NCBI GenBank assembly: GCA_963843275.1
Contig: CAWJJM010000011.1
Span: forward strand, 133,756 to 197,755
DNA: 64,000 nt
Origin: an uncultured Acidobacteriota bacterium
Lineage (GTDB): Bacteria > Acidobacteriota > Thermoanaerobaculia > Multivoradales > JBCCEF01
Direction of reading: 5' to 3'
Position numbers and translations under genes: made by a program. The notes under the pieces are model-generated. The model was not told the DNA's origin. It did not search any database and saw only the letters and a program-made list of their open reading frames with translations. Below are positions 40,433 through 49,334 of this stretch, one piece after another (position 1 is the stretch's first letter; every line of letters begins with the position of its first letter).

Positions 40433-43114
40433 TCAGTCGTCGCCGCGGCCGGCGCCCGACGCCGGCGTCGCCTTGAGCACCGGCCCGAAGAACAGCGCGT
40501 TGACGAGCAGCTTCTCGGTACCCCGCCAGTAGGCGCGGAACACCGGGTCGTCGGCGAAGCGCACCAGGGTGCCGCGCCCCACCCGGCCCGCCACGACGGC
40601 GGCGCTGCCGGCGAGCGCCGCCGTGTTCCGGGCCGAGGCGTAGCCGGCGAGCAGCGGGCGCTCGGTGTAGAGCGCCACGTTCTCGTACGGGTCCGGGGAC
40701 GGCGCCAGCGGCCGGGCGCGGTCGCGGAACACCGGCAGCGACGGGTCCCGGATGCCGAAGGCGAGTGGGTGGGTGAGGTCGAGGCGGACCTGGAAGATGG
40801 CGCCGCTGATCTCGTCGACCGCCCGTTGGTGCTCGTAGTCGGCGTAGGCCGCCTGCGCCGGGGGCGCGCTCTCGGCGGTGCCGCCGGGCGCGGCCGGGGA
40901 CACCGGGGCGGGGGCGCCGGCCGGCTCCGCGTCGGTGGCCAGGAGCGTCTCCGCGGCCCACTCCGCGGCCGTCTCGGTGGCGATCAGGGTGCCGCCTCCG
41001 TGCAGCCACCGCCGCAGGGCCTCCCCCACGCCCTCGGGCAGGTCGTCCCCGGCGCCGCCCACCATCACCACGTGCGTGTAGGGGCGCAGATCCACCCGCC
41101 CGAGCCGGTCCTTGTCGACCAGGGCGACCGGCACGCCGACGCGATGGTCGAGCACGTACCACACCTCGCCGGCCTCGCTCGGCGCGACGCCGCGGCCGAC
41201 CACCAGCAGGGGGTGCGGCGCGGTCAACGGGCGCAGCGACGGGCTGCCCAGGTCGGCGCCCTCCTCGGTGAGGCCGCTGGCCAGCGCCCAGACGTCGACG
41301 CCGTCCTCGGCGGCGGCGGTGGCCAGCAGCTCGGCCAGCGCCGGCGGCGCCACCTCCTGGCCGGCCGCCGGCACCACGATCGCGCCCGCCGCGAAGGCGT
41401 GCCGCCCGCCGTCGGTGGCGGCGGTGAACGGGCGCGTCGCGACGCGCGCCGACACCCCCGCGGCGAGCAGCCGCTCGAGGGCCCGCGGCGCCCCCAGCTC
41501 CCGCCACTCGAAGGCCCAGGCGTAGGGTGACGCGGCGGCCGGCAGGCGTCCCGCCGCGGCGGCGGGCGCCCCGGCGGCCTCCCCCACCAGGCCAGGCACG
41601 AGGGCGGCGCGCGGCAGCTCCGCCGCCGGGAGTCCGAAGGCGAGCGGCAGGGTCCAGGCGGAGACGTCGTAGAAGGTCTCGTCGGCGAAGGTGGTGCGGC
41701 GCTCGAACAGCGCCTCGGCCAGGCGCGTCTGGCGCTGGTCCGCGGGCACCACCCAGGCGGCGCCGGGGACGAAGCGGTGCCCGCCGAGCTCCACCGGCCG
41801 TCCGAGGGGGCGCGCCTCGATGCCGTGCGCCGCCAGCAGCCGCAGCAGCTCGGCCGCCCGCGCCGGGTCGCCGCCGTCGCCCACCACCCAGCCGGCGCGC
41901 GGCCCGGCCGCCGCCGCGGCGCGCGCGTCGCGGTAGGCGTCGCGCTGGTACGCGAGCAGGGCCGGGCGCTCGGCGGCGGCCGCCGCCAGCATCGACAGCG
42001 AGGTCAGGACGTGGCCGCCGACGGCGTCGGCGAAGGTCAGCCGCCCGTTCTCGGTGGCGCGCACCAGGCCGCGGGCGCTCGCCTGCTCGAAGAGCACGCC
42101 CACCGCGCCCTGGACGTCCGGGTAGGTCGAGCCCTTGCCGTAGTAGAAGTCGTCGTAGTTCTCCTCGGTGTAGTAGAGACGGCCGGCGCGGTCGAAGGCG
42201 GCGGCGTGGAAGCGGGCGATGGCGCGCGTCAGGGCCAGGTTGAGCGCCGGGGTGAGCGGGTTCTGCCGCGACGGCACGCCGGGCTGGAAGAAGTAGGTCG
42301 AGTCCGAGCCCATCTCGTGGAAGTCGCCGAGCAGGTTGGGCCGCCAGCGCTGGAAGGTGGCCACCCGGGCGCGGCTCTCCGGCTGCTGCAGCAGCAACCA
42401 GTCGCGGTTGAGGTCGAACCAGTAGTGGTTGGTCCGCCCGGAGGGCCAGCCCTGGGCGTGCTCGCGGTGGTCGGGGTCGGCGACCGGTACTTCGCCACGA
42501 TGGCTCTCCACCCAGCCGGCGAAGCGGGCCAGGCCGTCGGGGTTGAGGGCGGGGTCGATGAGCACCACCGCGTGCTCCAGGAGGGCCTCGACCTCCGGCC
42601 CCCGGCCCGCCGCCAGGTGGTAGGCGACCAGCATCGCCGCGTTGGCACCGCTCGCCTCGTCGCCGTGGATCGAGTAGCCCAGCCACACCACCACCGGCAT
42701 CGCCGCCAGCGCCGCGTCGTCGGGGTACGGCGGCTCCGAAAGCGCGCGGTGGGCGGCACGGATCTCGTCGATCCGCGCCAGGTTGGCCGGCGACGACACC
42801 ACCAACAGCACCTGGGGCCGCCCCTCGAAGGTCTCGCCCTGCACCTCGAGCTGCACCCGGTCGGAGGCCGCGGCGAGCCGGCGCGCCACCGCGACGATCT
42901 GGTCGGGCCGCGCGTGGCGGGTGCCCACCTCCCAACCCAGCACCTGCGCCGGCGTCGGGACGGCCGGGTCGTAGGGGGTCCCCGCCGGCAGCAGGGCGGG
43001 GGGCGCGGCGGCGGCCCGCCCGGCGGCGAGCCCGGCGGCAGCGAGGACGAGCAGGGCGACGCGGGCGGCGGCGCGGCGGCGCCCGCCGGCGAAACGGCAC
43101 GGTCGGTCGATCAT
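40433..43114 (-). CDS. Secreted M14-family zinc carboxypeptidase, large multidomain form
   Basis: Signal peptide. ...VVWLGYSIHGDEASGANAAM... (HxxE zinc site), ...IDPALNPDG..., ...NRDW... Its stop codon abuts the helicase stop with no spacer. Confidence 0.85.
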   Translation of the reverse strand: MIDRPCRFAGGRRRAAARVALLVLAAAGLAAGRAAAAPPALLPAGTPYDPAVPTPAQVLGWEVGTRHARPDQIVAVARRLAAASDRVQLEVQGETFEGRPQVLLVVSSPANLARIDEIRAAHRALSEPPYPDDAALAAMPVVVWLGYSIHGDEASGANAAMLVAYHLAAGRGPEVEALLEHAVVLIDPALNPDGLARFAGWVESHRGEVPVADPDHREHAQGWPSGRTNHYWFDLNRDWLLLQQPESRARVATFQRWRPNLLGDFHEMGSDSTYFFQPGVPSRQNPLTPALNLALTRAIARFHAAAFDRAGRLYYTEENYDDFYYGKGSTYPDVQGAVGVLFEQASARGLVRATENGRLTFADAVGGHVLTSLSMLAAAAAERPALLAYQRDAYRDARAAAAAGPRAGWVVGDGGDPARAAELLRLLAAHGIEARPLGRPVELGGHRFVPGAAWVVPADQRQTRLAEALFERRTTFADETFYDVSAWTLPLAFGLPAAELPRAALVPGLVGEAAGAPAAAAGRLPAAASPYAWAFEWRELGAPRALERLLAAGVSARVATRPFTAATDGGRHAFAAGAIVVPAAGQEVAPPALAELLATAAAEDGVDVWALASGLTEEGADLGSPSLRPLTAPHPLLVVGRGVAPSEAGEVWYVLDHRVGVPVALVDKDRLGRVDLRPYTHVVMVGGAGDDLPEGVGEALRRWLHGGGTLIATETAAEWAAETLLATDAEPAGAPAPVSPAAPGGTAESAPPAQAAYADYEHQRAVDEISGAIFQVRLDLTHPLAFGIRDPSLPVFRDRARPLAPSPDPYENVALYTERPLLAGYASARNTAALAGSAAVVAGRVGRGTLVRFADDPVFRAYWRGTEKLLVNALFFGPVLKATPASGAGRGDD

Positions 43115-43148
43115 GGCGCCGGGATCCTAGCAGCGGGGGCGCCGCGCC

Positions 43149-44444
43149 TCAGGCCGCCCGCCGCAGGCGTCGCAGCCGGCGGGTCAGCGGCAGCGCCAGC
43201 AACAGGCCGGCCCCGGCGGCCACCGCCAGCAGCGTCCCCTCCCCCACCGCCGGCAGCCCGGCCGCGGCGGCGGCCGCCCGCAGCACGTTGCCGGTGCCGA
43301 GCACCAGGGTCACCGCGACGACCGCCGCCATCGCCGCGTTCGACAACGGCCCGTTGAGCCCCGCCGCCCCCATCAGCCGGCGGTCGTTGACCGCCAGCAG
43401 CAGGAACGCCGCCACCCAGGGGAGCAGGACGCCGTTGGCGGCCTGGGCGAGGAGGATCACCGGGATCGGCTTGACCCCGGACAGCCCGAAGGCGACGCCG
43501 GTGGCGAGCACCGCCCCCCACACCGCCCGGTACCGCGGCGAGCGCGGCGCCCAGCGCTCGGGCCGGTCGGGATCGGCGAACAGGCCGCGGGCGGTGATCG
43601 CGGCGGCGAGCGGCGCCGTCACCGCCGACGACAGGCCGGCGGCGGCGAGGCCGGCGGCGAACAGGGGCGCCGCCCAGGCGCCCAACCGGGCGGCCAGGAC
43701 CGCCGCCACCGCCGGGAAGGAGAACGGTCCGTGGACGGCGCTGCCCACCACCAGCACCCCCATCGAGATCAACCCGCCGAGCAGCACCGACACGGTGAGG
43801 CCGAAGCGCACCTCGGAGAGCGCCTGCCCGCCGGCGACGCCGGAGCCGAGGAAGAGGTTGTAGGGCACCACGGTGGTGCCGATCAGACCCAGCACCAGGA
43901 AGGCCGAGCCGGCGGGCAGCGACGGCACCAGGGCGCCGGCGGCGAGCTCGCCCGCGGGCGGGGCGAGCAGGGCCGCGCTGAGCAGGAACGCCGCGCCCAT
44001 GACGGCGACGGTCGCCGCCAGGATCCGCGCCACGGTCGACGGGTTGCCGAGCCACAGCAGCAGCGCCGCCAGCGCTCCGGAGACGAGCGTCAGGACACGC
44101 GCCGGCAGCCCGACGGCCAGGGCCAGGCCGGCCACTCCGCCGAGGATGTTGCCGGCCTCGTAGGCGGCGCAGCCGAGCAGGATGGCGACCAGCACCAGGA
44201 GCACGCCGCCGGCGCCGCCGCCGTGGCGCCGCGACAGGGCGCTCGCCAGGTCGCGCCCCGAGACGGCGGTGAGCCGCGCCGCGGCCTCCTGCAGCACCAG
44301 CGTGGCGACGGTCGAGAAGACCAGCGCCCAGAGCAGGGACAGCCCGAAGCGCGAGCCCGCGGAGGCGGCGGTCGTCACCGTCCCGGGCCCCAGGAAGGCG
44401 GCCGCGATCACCGACCACAGCAGGACCGCGAGCAGCCGTTTCAC
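43149..44444 (-). CDS. NRAMP-fold (SLC11-like) transporter lacking the canonical metal-binding residues
   Basis: GTG at 44444 overlaps the hyuB stop (GTGA), in the frame of track ORF 43149..46274. ...AAAFLGPGTVTTAASAGSRFGLSLLW... aligns residue-for-residue with the NRAMP ...DPGN...G..FGY.LLW; ...GTTVVPYNLFLGS... aligns with ...MPHNLYLHS; ...AAAGLSSAVT... is conserved. Confidence 0.8.
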   Translation of the reverse strand: MKRLLAVLLWSVIAAAFLGPGTVTTAASAGSRFGLSLLWALVFSTVATLVLQEAAARLTAVSGRDLASALSRRHGGGAGGVLLVLVAILLGCAAYEAGNILGGVAGLALAVGLPARVLTLVSGALAALLLWLGNPSTVARILAATVAVMGAAFLLSAALLAPPAGELAAGALVPSLPAGSAFLVLGLIGTTVVPYNLFLGSGVAGGQALSEVRFGLTVSVLLGGLISMGVLVVGSAVHGPFSFPAVAAVLAARLGAWAAPLFAAGLAAAGLSSAVTAPLAAAITARGLFADPDRPERWAPRSPRYRAVWGAVLATGVAFGLSGVKPIPVILLAQAANGVLLPWVAAFLLLAVNDRRLMGAAGLNGPLSNAAMAAVVAVTLVLGTGNVLRAAAAAAGLPAVGEGTLLAVAAGAGLLLALPLTRRLRRLRRAA

Positions 44445-46042
44445 GGCGGGCCCCAGCCGCCGCCGCCCGGCGTCTCGAGGACCAGGCGGTCGCCCGGCGC
44501 GACCTCGCAGCCGTCCACCGCGCCCAGCTCGACCACGGCGCCGTCGGCCCGCACGAGGCGCTGGCGGCCGGGGGCGCCGGGCCCGCCGCCGGCGCCGCCG
44601 CGCGGCCCCGCGGCGCGGTGCTGGGTGAGCAGCGACAACGACATCGGCGCCAGGAACTCGATCTCCCGCACCACGCCGTCGCCGCCCCGCCAGCGGCCGG
44701 CGCCCCCCGAGCCGCGGCGCACCGCGAAGCGCCACAGCCGCACCGGGTAGCGCAGCTCGAGCACCTCGGGGTCGGTGGCGCGGGTGTTGGTCATGTGGCT
44801 GTGCACCGCCGAGGCGCCGGCGAAGCCCGGCCCGGCGCCGCAGCCGCCGGCCACCGTCTCGTAGTAGCCGAAGCGGTCGCTGCCGAAGAGCACGTTGTTC
44901 ATCGTCCCCTGGCTGCCGGCGGCGAGGCCGAGCGCCGCCAGCAGGACGTCGACCAGGCGCTGGCTGGTCTCCACGTTGCCGCCGACCACGGCCGGACAGC
45001 GCGCCGGGTCGTCGGGGAACGGCGGGTCGAGGAAGCTGCCCGGCGGCACCACCAGCTCGACGGGCCGCGCCAGCCCCTCGTTGAGCGGCAGCGGCTCGCC
45101 CACCAGGAGGCGCAGGACGTAGAGCACCGCGGACCGCACCACCGCCGGCGTGGCGTTGAGGTTGCCCGGGTGCACCGGGCCCGAGCCGGTGAAGTCGATG
45201 CGCGCCGCCGGGCCCCCGGCGTCGGGGCGTAGCTCCACGGCCACCCGCAGCGGCGTGCCGTCGTCGAGCCGGTCCTCGGCGGTCCGCGCTCCGGCCGGCA
45301 GGCGCTCCGCCAGGCGTCCCAGCGCGGCACGCAGCAGGCTCTCGGCCCGTACCTCCAGGCCGGCCATCGCCGCGGCCACGGTGTCGGCGCCCGCCGCTCC
45401 GGCCAGCGCCCGCAACGCCTCGGCGCCACGCCGGTTCGCCGCCACCGCCGCGGCCAGATCGGCGAGGTTCTCCTCCACCGCCCGCGAGGGCCACGGCGGC
45501 GCCTCGAGGCGGCCCCGCACCTGCTCCCACCGCGCCACGCCCGCCCGGAACAGGTGCACCGGCGGCAGGACCACGCCCTCGTCGGCCAGGCGCCGCGCGT
45601 CCGGCGGCATCGAGCCGGGACGGCTGCCGCCGATCTCCGCGTGGTGGGCGCGGCTGGCCGCATAGCCGAGCAGCTCCCCGGCCGCGGACCCCGCCCCGGC
45701 GCCAGCGGCGAACACCGGCGTGATCACCGTCACGTCGGGCAGGTGCGAGCCGCCATACCCGGGATGGTTGGTGACCACCACGTCGCCCGGCTCCAGCGGG
45801 ACCGTCGCCGCCACCCGGCGCACGCAGAGGCCGAGGGCGCCGAGGTGCACCGGGATGTGGGGGGCGTTGACCACCAGCCCGCCGGCCGGGTCGAGCAGGG
45901 CGCAGGAGAAGTCCAGCCGCTCCTTGACGTTGGTCGACAGCGCGGTGCGCCGCAGCATCTCGCCCATCTCCCGGGCGATGGCGGCGAAGCGGTTGGTGAA
46001 CAGCTCCAGCCGCACCGGGTCGGCGAGGGGTGGCGCCGTCAT
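44441..46042 (-). CDS. hyuB: Hydantoinase B / oxoprolinase family protein
   Basis: Trimmed to the ATG at 46042 (ATGA overlap with the upstream gene). ...[44 protein letters not shown]..., ...[18 protein letters not shown]-like segment ([23 protein letters not shown]). Confidence 0.9.
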   Translation of the reverse strand: MTAPPLADPVRLELFTNRFAAIAREMGEMLRRTALSTNVKERLDFSCALLDPAGGLVVNAPHIPVHLGALGLCVRRVAATVPLEPGDVVVTNHPGYGGSHLPDVTVITPVFAAGAGAGSAAGELLGYAASRAHHAEIGGSRPGSMPPDARRLADEGVVLPPVHLFRAGVARWEQVRGRLEAPPWPSRAVEENLADLAAAVAANRRGAEALRALAGAAGADTVAAAMAGLEVRAESLLRAALGRLAERLPAGARTAEDRLDDGTPLRVAVELRPDAGGPAARIDFTGSGPVHPGNLNATPAVVRSAVLYVLRLLVGEPLPLNEGLARPVELVVPPGSFLDPPFPDDPARCPAVVGGNVETSQRLVDVLLAALGLAAGSQGTMNNVLFGSDRFGYYETVAGGCGAGPGFAGASAVHSHMTNTRATDPEVLELRYPVRLWRFAVRRGSGGAGRWRGGDGVVREIEFLAPMSLSLLTQHRAAGPRGGAGGGPGAPGRQRLVRADGAVVELGAVDGCEVAPGDRLVLETPGGGGWGPP

Positions 46043-46545
46043 CCCGGCTCGATCGGCTGCGGAGCGGCCACGGCCGCCGGGGCAGGCAGCTCGCGCGCCC
46101 GTGGCCAGCCCAGGGCCATCCCCACCCAGGCCGCGGCGCCGAACAGGACGGCCCACCGCGGGCTCCCGCTGGCCAGGGCGAGGACCAGCCCGACCACGGC
46201 GGCGGCCTCGCGCAGCGCGAAGCCGACCAGCTTCGCCGTCCGGTAACGGTCCAGCCGATCGGCCGCCGTCGCACCCCCGGGGGTCTGCCGCTGCCGCGCC
46301 AGGAGCCGGCGCTCGACGAGCGGCGCGGCGACCAGCAGCAGCGCGCCCGTGGCGGCGAGCATCCCGGGCAGGGGAGACGGCAGGACGGCCCGCGGAAACC
46401 CGCCGAACCGACCGGAGGTCAGGGCCCAGGCGACGGCGACGTACGCGGCCACCGCGGCGGCCAGCGCACCGGCCACGACCTGCACGGCGAGCAGGCGGGG
46501 GGCACCGGGGCCGACGGCCGGCGTCTGCGGGTTCCCTGTGGTCAT
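46039..46545 (-). CDS. Hypothetical 4-TM membrane protein, translationally coupled to hyuB
   Basis: Trimmed to the ATG at 46545 (SD GGAGGAAGG). Four hydrophobic helices. No family recognised. Confidence 0.6.
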   Translation of the reverse strand: MTTGNPQTPAVGPGAPRLLAVQVVAGALAAAVAAYVAVAWALTSGRFGGFPRAVLPSPLPGMLAATGALLLVAAPLVERRLLARQRQTPGGATAADRLDRYRTAKLVGFALREAAAVVGLVLALASGSPRWAVLFGAAAWVGMALGWPRARELPAPAAVAAPQPIEPG

Positions 46546-46747
46546 CCCGACCCTTCCTCCCCCGCGGACCGCGGCCCTCGGCCGGCGCGGCACCGCGCCG
46601 CCGGTCCCTCCCATCCTCGTCCTCCCGCGTCCGCGTGGAGCGGCGCCATGATGGGACGGCGCCGGAGCGCTGTCAAGACGGCGCGGCGCCCCGCCCGGCA
46701 CCCACCGGGCTGGTAGGATCGCGCGCCACGGCGCTCCGGACCATCGC

Positions 46748-47314
46748 ATGCAGCAGCCGACCATCATCGGTGAGGATCCCGGCGAAGGCGACGCGCTCCC
46801 GGACGTTTCCGAGCGCTCCGCCGAGCTCGCCCGCCGCTACTCCCGCCTCATCCACTCCGCCGTCGCCACGGTCGCCGGAGGCGACGCCGCGCGGCTCGCC
46901 GACGACGTCGAGCAGCACGTGCTGATCCAGCTCTTCCGCCAGCTCGCCGGTGAGCAAGAGATCCGCCATCCGGCCTCTTATCTATACCGGGCGGCCGTGC
47001 GCGAGACCGTTCGGGTGCTGCGCCTCGAGGCGCGGTACGAGCGCGGGCGGGCGGCGGCCGGCGAGCTGCCGTCCACCGCCGGGCCCGATCCCGAGCGGGC
47101 GCTCGCCGCCCGCGAGCTGCGCGAGAAGGTGTCGACGGCGCTCGGCAGCCTGACCGCCGCGCGCCGGCGGGCGGCCCGGGCCCACCTGGCCGGGTTCGAC
47201 GTGAGGGAGATCATGGCGATGTATGGCTGGACCTACAACCGGGCCCGCAACCTGATCGCACGGGGCATGGCCGACCTGCGGCGGGCCCTGCGTTCCCGAG
47301 GCGTCGATGGCTGA
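46748..47314 (+). CDS. ECF-type RNA polymerase sigma-70 family factor
   Basis: Region 2-like ...[13 protein letters not shown]...[15 protein letters not shown]; region 4 HTH ...[45 protein letters not shown]. Confidence 0.85.
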   Translation: MQQPTIIGEDPGEGDALPDVSERSAELARRYSRLIHSAVATVAGGDAARLADDVEQHVLIQLFRQLAGEQEIRHPASYLYRAAVRETVRVLRLEARYERGRAAAGELPSTAGPDPERALAARELREKVSTALGSLTAARRRAARAHLAGFDVREIMAMYGWTYNRARNLIARGMADLRRALRSRGVDG

Positions 47315-47975
47315 GCCGCCGCTGCTGCCGGGGCCCGCCTGGCAGACCTCCGCCGGCGAGCACCCGTCCGCCGAGGCGTGGGAGCACCTCGCCTGCGGCG
47401 AGCTGGCGGCCGCCGAACGCCGCCGTCTGCTCGACCACGTGGCGGGCTGCACCGAGTGCACGCGCATCTACCGCGCCCTCGGCATCCTGGAGCGCGGCGC
47501 CCGCGCCTTCGACCCCGGCGTCCCGCGACGGGGGCTGGCGCTGCCGGCGCGGCCCGGGCCGGTGGCGTGGCGCTGGGGTGCGGCGGCCGCCCTCGCCGCC
47601 GCCGCGGCCGCGGTCGTCCTGTGGATCGGCGTCCGCCCGCCGGCGCCGGCCGTGCCCCCCGCCGCCGGCGTCGTCCGCTCCGGACCGGCGGCGGCGGTCC
47701 CGGTCCTGCGTTCGCCGCTCGGCACGGTCGCCGGGCCGGTCGCCTTCGCCTGGGAGGCGGTGCCCGGAGCGGTGCGCTACCGCCTCGAGCTGCTCGACGC
47801 CGACGGAGAGGTCCTCGGCGCGGTGGTGACCGGCGGCACCGGGGCGGCCTGGCCGGCCGCCGTCCCGGCCCGTCCCGGCCGCTACTACTGGCGGGTCGTC
47901 GCCGATCTCGAGCGCGGCGGCACCGCCGCCTCGCCGTTGGCCGACTTCGAGCTCACCGGTCCGCCGACCCGCTAG
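47307..47975 (+). CDS. Anti-sigma factor (zf-HC2 type), single TM helix, extracytoplasmic domain of about 110 aa
   Basis: 8-nt overlap with the sigma gene. H-X3-C...H-X3-C-X2-C (WEHLACGE...LDHVAGCTECTRIY). TM helix WGAAAALAAAAAAVVLWIG. C-terminal domain ...FAWEAVPGAVRYRLELLDADGEVL...GRYYWRVVA... Confidence 0.78.
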   Translation: MAEPPLLPGPAWQTSAGEHPSAEAWEHLACGELAAAERRRLLDHVAGCTECTRIYRALGILERGARAFDPGVPRRGLALPARPGPVAWRWGAAAALAAAAAAVVLWIGVRPPAPAVPPAAGVVRSGPAAAVPVLRSPLGTVAGPVAFAWEAVPGAVRYRLELLDADGEVLGAVVTGGTGAAWPAAVPARPGRYYWRVVADLERGGTAASPLADFELTGPPTR

Positions 47976-48154
47976 ACACCGGATGCGCCCTACATCCACG
48001 CCGGTCTCCAGCTCCGCCCCCGGCCGGAGTCGCCGGACGCCCGCGCCGGGGAAGCTCGCCCCGCCGGCGACGCGCGCCGCGCCGCGCCGCCGGGTCACGC
48101 CCGACGAGGAACGCAACTCGAGCCGCCCCACCCCCCTGCGAGCGGGCGTGAGCG

Positions 48155-49273
48155 TCACGCGGCGGGACGCCGGGGTAGCGTGAACACCGGCACCACCCAG
48201 CCCGCCTCGAGGTCGATTCCCAGGACGACCACGTGGAGGAGCAGCGTCCACGAGATCCTCTCCGCCGGCGAGCGCCACACGGTCGGCCGGCAGCCGCTCG
48301 GGATGTCGAAGGCGACCGGCACGGCGGCACCGCGCGGCCCGAGGTAGAGGTCGGCCGGCGGCACCGAGCGTTCCGCGGACCAGAGCTCGGAGTGCCCGAT
48401 GCGGCGGCTCGCTCGGCCGCTGGAGCCGGGTGGTGGAGGGTCCAGGGCCCATCGCGTGCAGACCAGGCGGAGGCGGATGGCCTTCGGCGCGCTGCCCAGG
48501 CCGGTGAGGATGCGACCCTCGAGCCGGCCTCCGATCGCCCCGGGCAGCGTGCTCATCTCGAAGGTCGAGGCGCCGAAGCGCCAGCGGACGAGCCACAGGC
48601 GCAGTGCCAGGCCGGCGAGCAGGAGCGCGGGGACGAGCCACGCGGCGCTGGGCAGCAGCGCCCGGGCGAGCCCGGCGGGGTCGTCGCGCCAGCGCGCCAG
48701 GTCCGGGGGGGAGCTCCGCCAGACGACGAGGACCATCGGCAAGGCCAGGGCCGCAGCGCCGGCTGCCGCCAGGGCGAAGAGGGCCGAGGTCGCTCCCACC
48801 CGCCCGCGCAGCCGGCCGGTCGCCCACTCCTCGTTCCAGCGCCACGGCTCGTCCGGAGAGGCCTGTCGCAGCACCTCGGAGGCGTCGGGCTCCCGCAACC
48901 CGCCGTGCCGGAGCCCTGCGCCGTCGGGCATCGCCCGGAACAGCGCGGTGAGGGCCACCAGCCCGCCGAGCAGCGAGGCGGCGCCCAGCGACCCCATCGG
49001 CTCCCAGCCCGGCTCCCCGAAGGCCCATCGCACCACCGCGACCGACAGCGCGGCGAGCCCCAGCACCTGCGCCAGTCCCGAGATCGCCAACCCCGCGCAG
49101 GCGAGCCCGCCGCGGCCGACGACGGCGAGCGCGCCGCGCAACTCCGCGTCCGAGGGCAGCCCGGGGTTCGTGGCGGGCTCCGTCGCGGTCTCCGAAACGG
49201 GGCTGAAGTCCTCCAGAGGGACGAGCGCGGCGGCCTCCCGGCGGCCCTCGTCGTCGCCGGCGAGCCGGCTCAC
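48155..49273 (-). CDS. Hypothetical membrane protein: 4 TM helices plus a C-terminal soluble domain of about 150 aa
   Basis: GTG start with GGGGGAGGGG upstream. Protein-like composition, unlike the overlapping + frames. The C-terminal pattern (...FEMSTLPGAIGGRLEGRI...IRLRLVC...VPVAFDIPSGCRPT...ISWTLLLH...GIDLEAGWVVPVF) looks like an all-beta sandwich. Last gene of the minus-strand unit 51797->48155. Confidence 0.6.
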   Translation of the reverse strand: MSRLAGDDEGRREAAALVPLEDFSPVSETATEPATNPGLPSDAELRGALAVVGRGGLACAGLAISGLAQVLGLAALSVAVVRWAFGEPGWEPMGSLGAASLLGGLVALTALFRAMPDGAGLRHGGLREPDASEVLRQASPDEPWRWNEEWATGRLRGRVGATSALFALAAAGAAALALPMVLVVWRSSPPDLARWRDDPAGLARALLPSAAWLVPALLLAGLALRLWLVRWRFGASTFEMSTLPGAIGGRLEGRILTGLGSAPKAIRLRLVCTRWALDPPPPGSSGRASRRIGHSELWSAERSVPPADLYLGPRGAAVPVAFDIPSGCRPTVWRSPAERISWTLLLHVVVLGIDLEAGWVVPVFTLPRRPAA

Positions 49274-49334
49274 CCCCTCCCCCTGGCGGCCGGTCGGCCT
49301 CCGGCGAGGACGAGGCGGCAGGCGAGGGGGCCGC

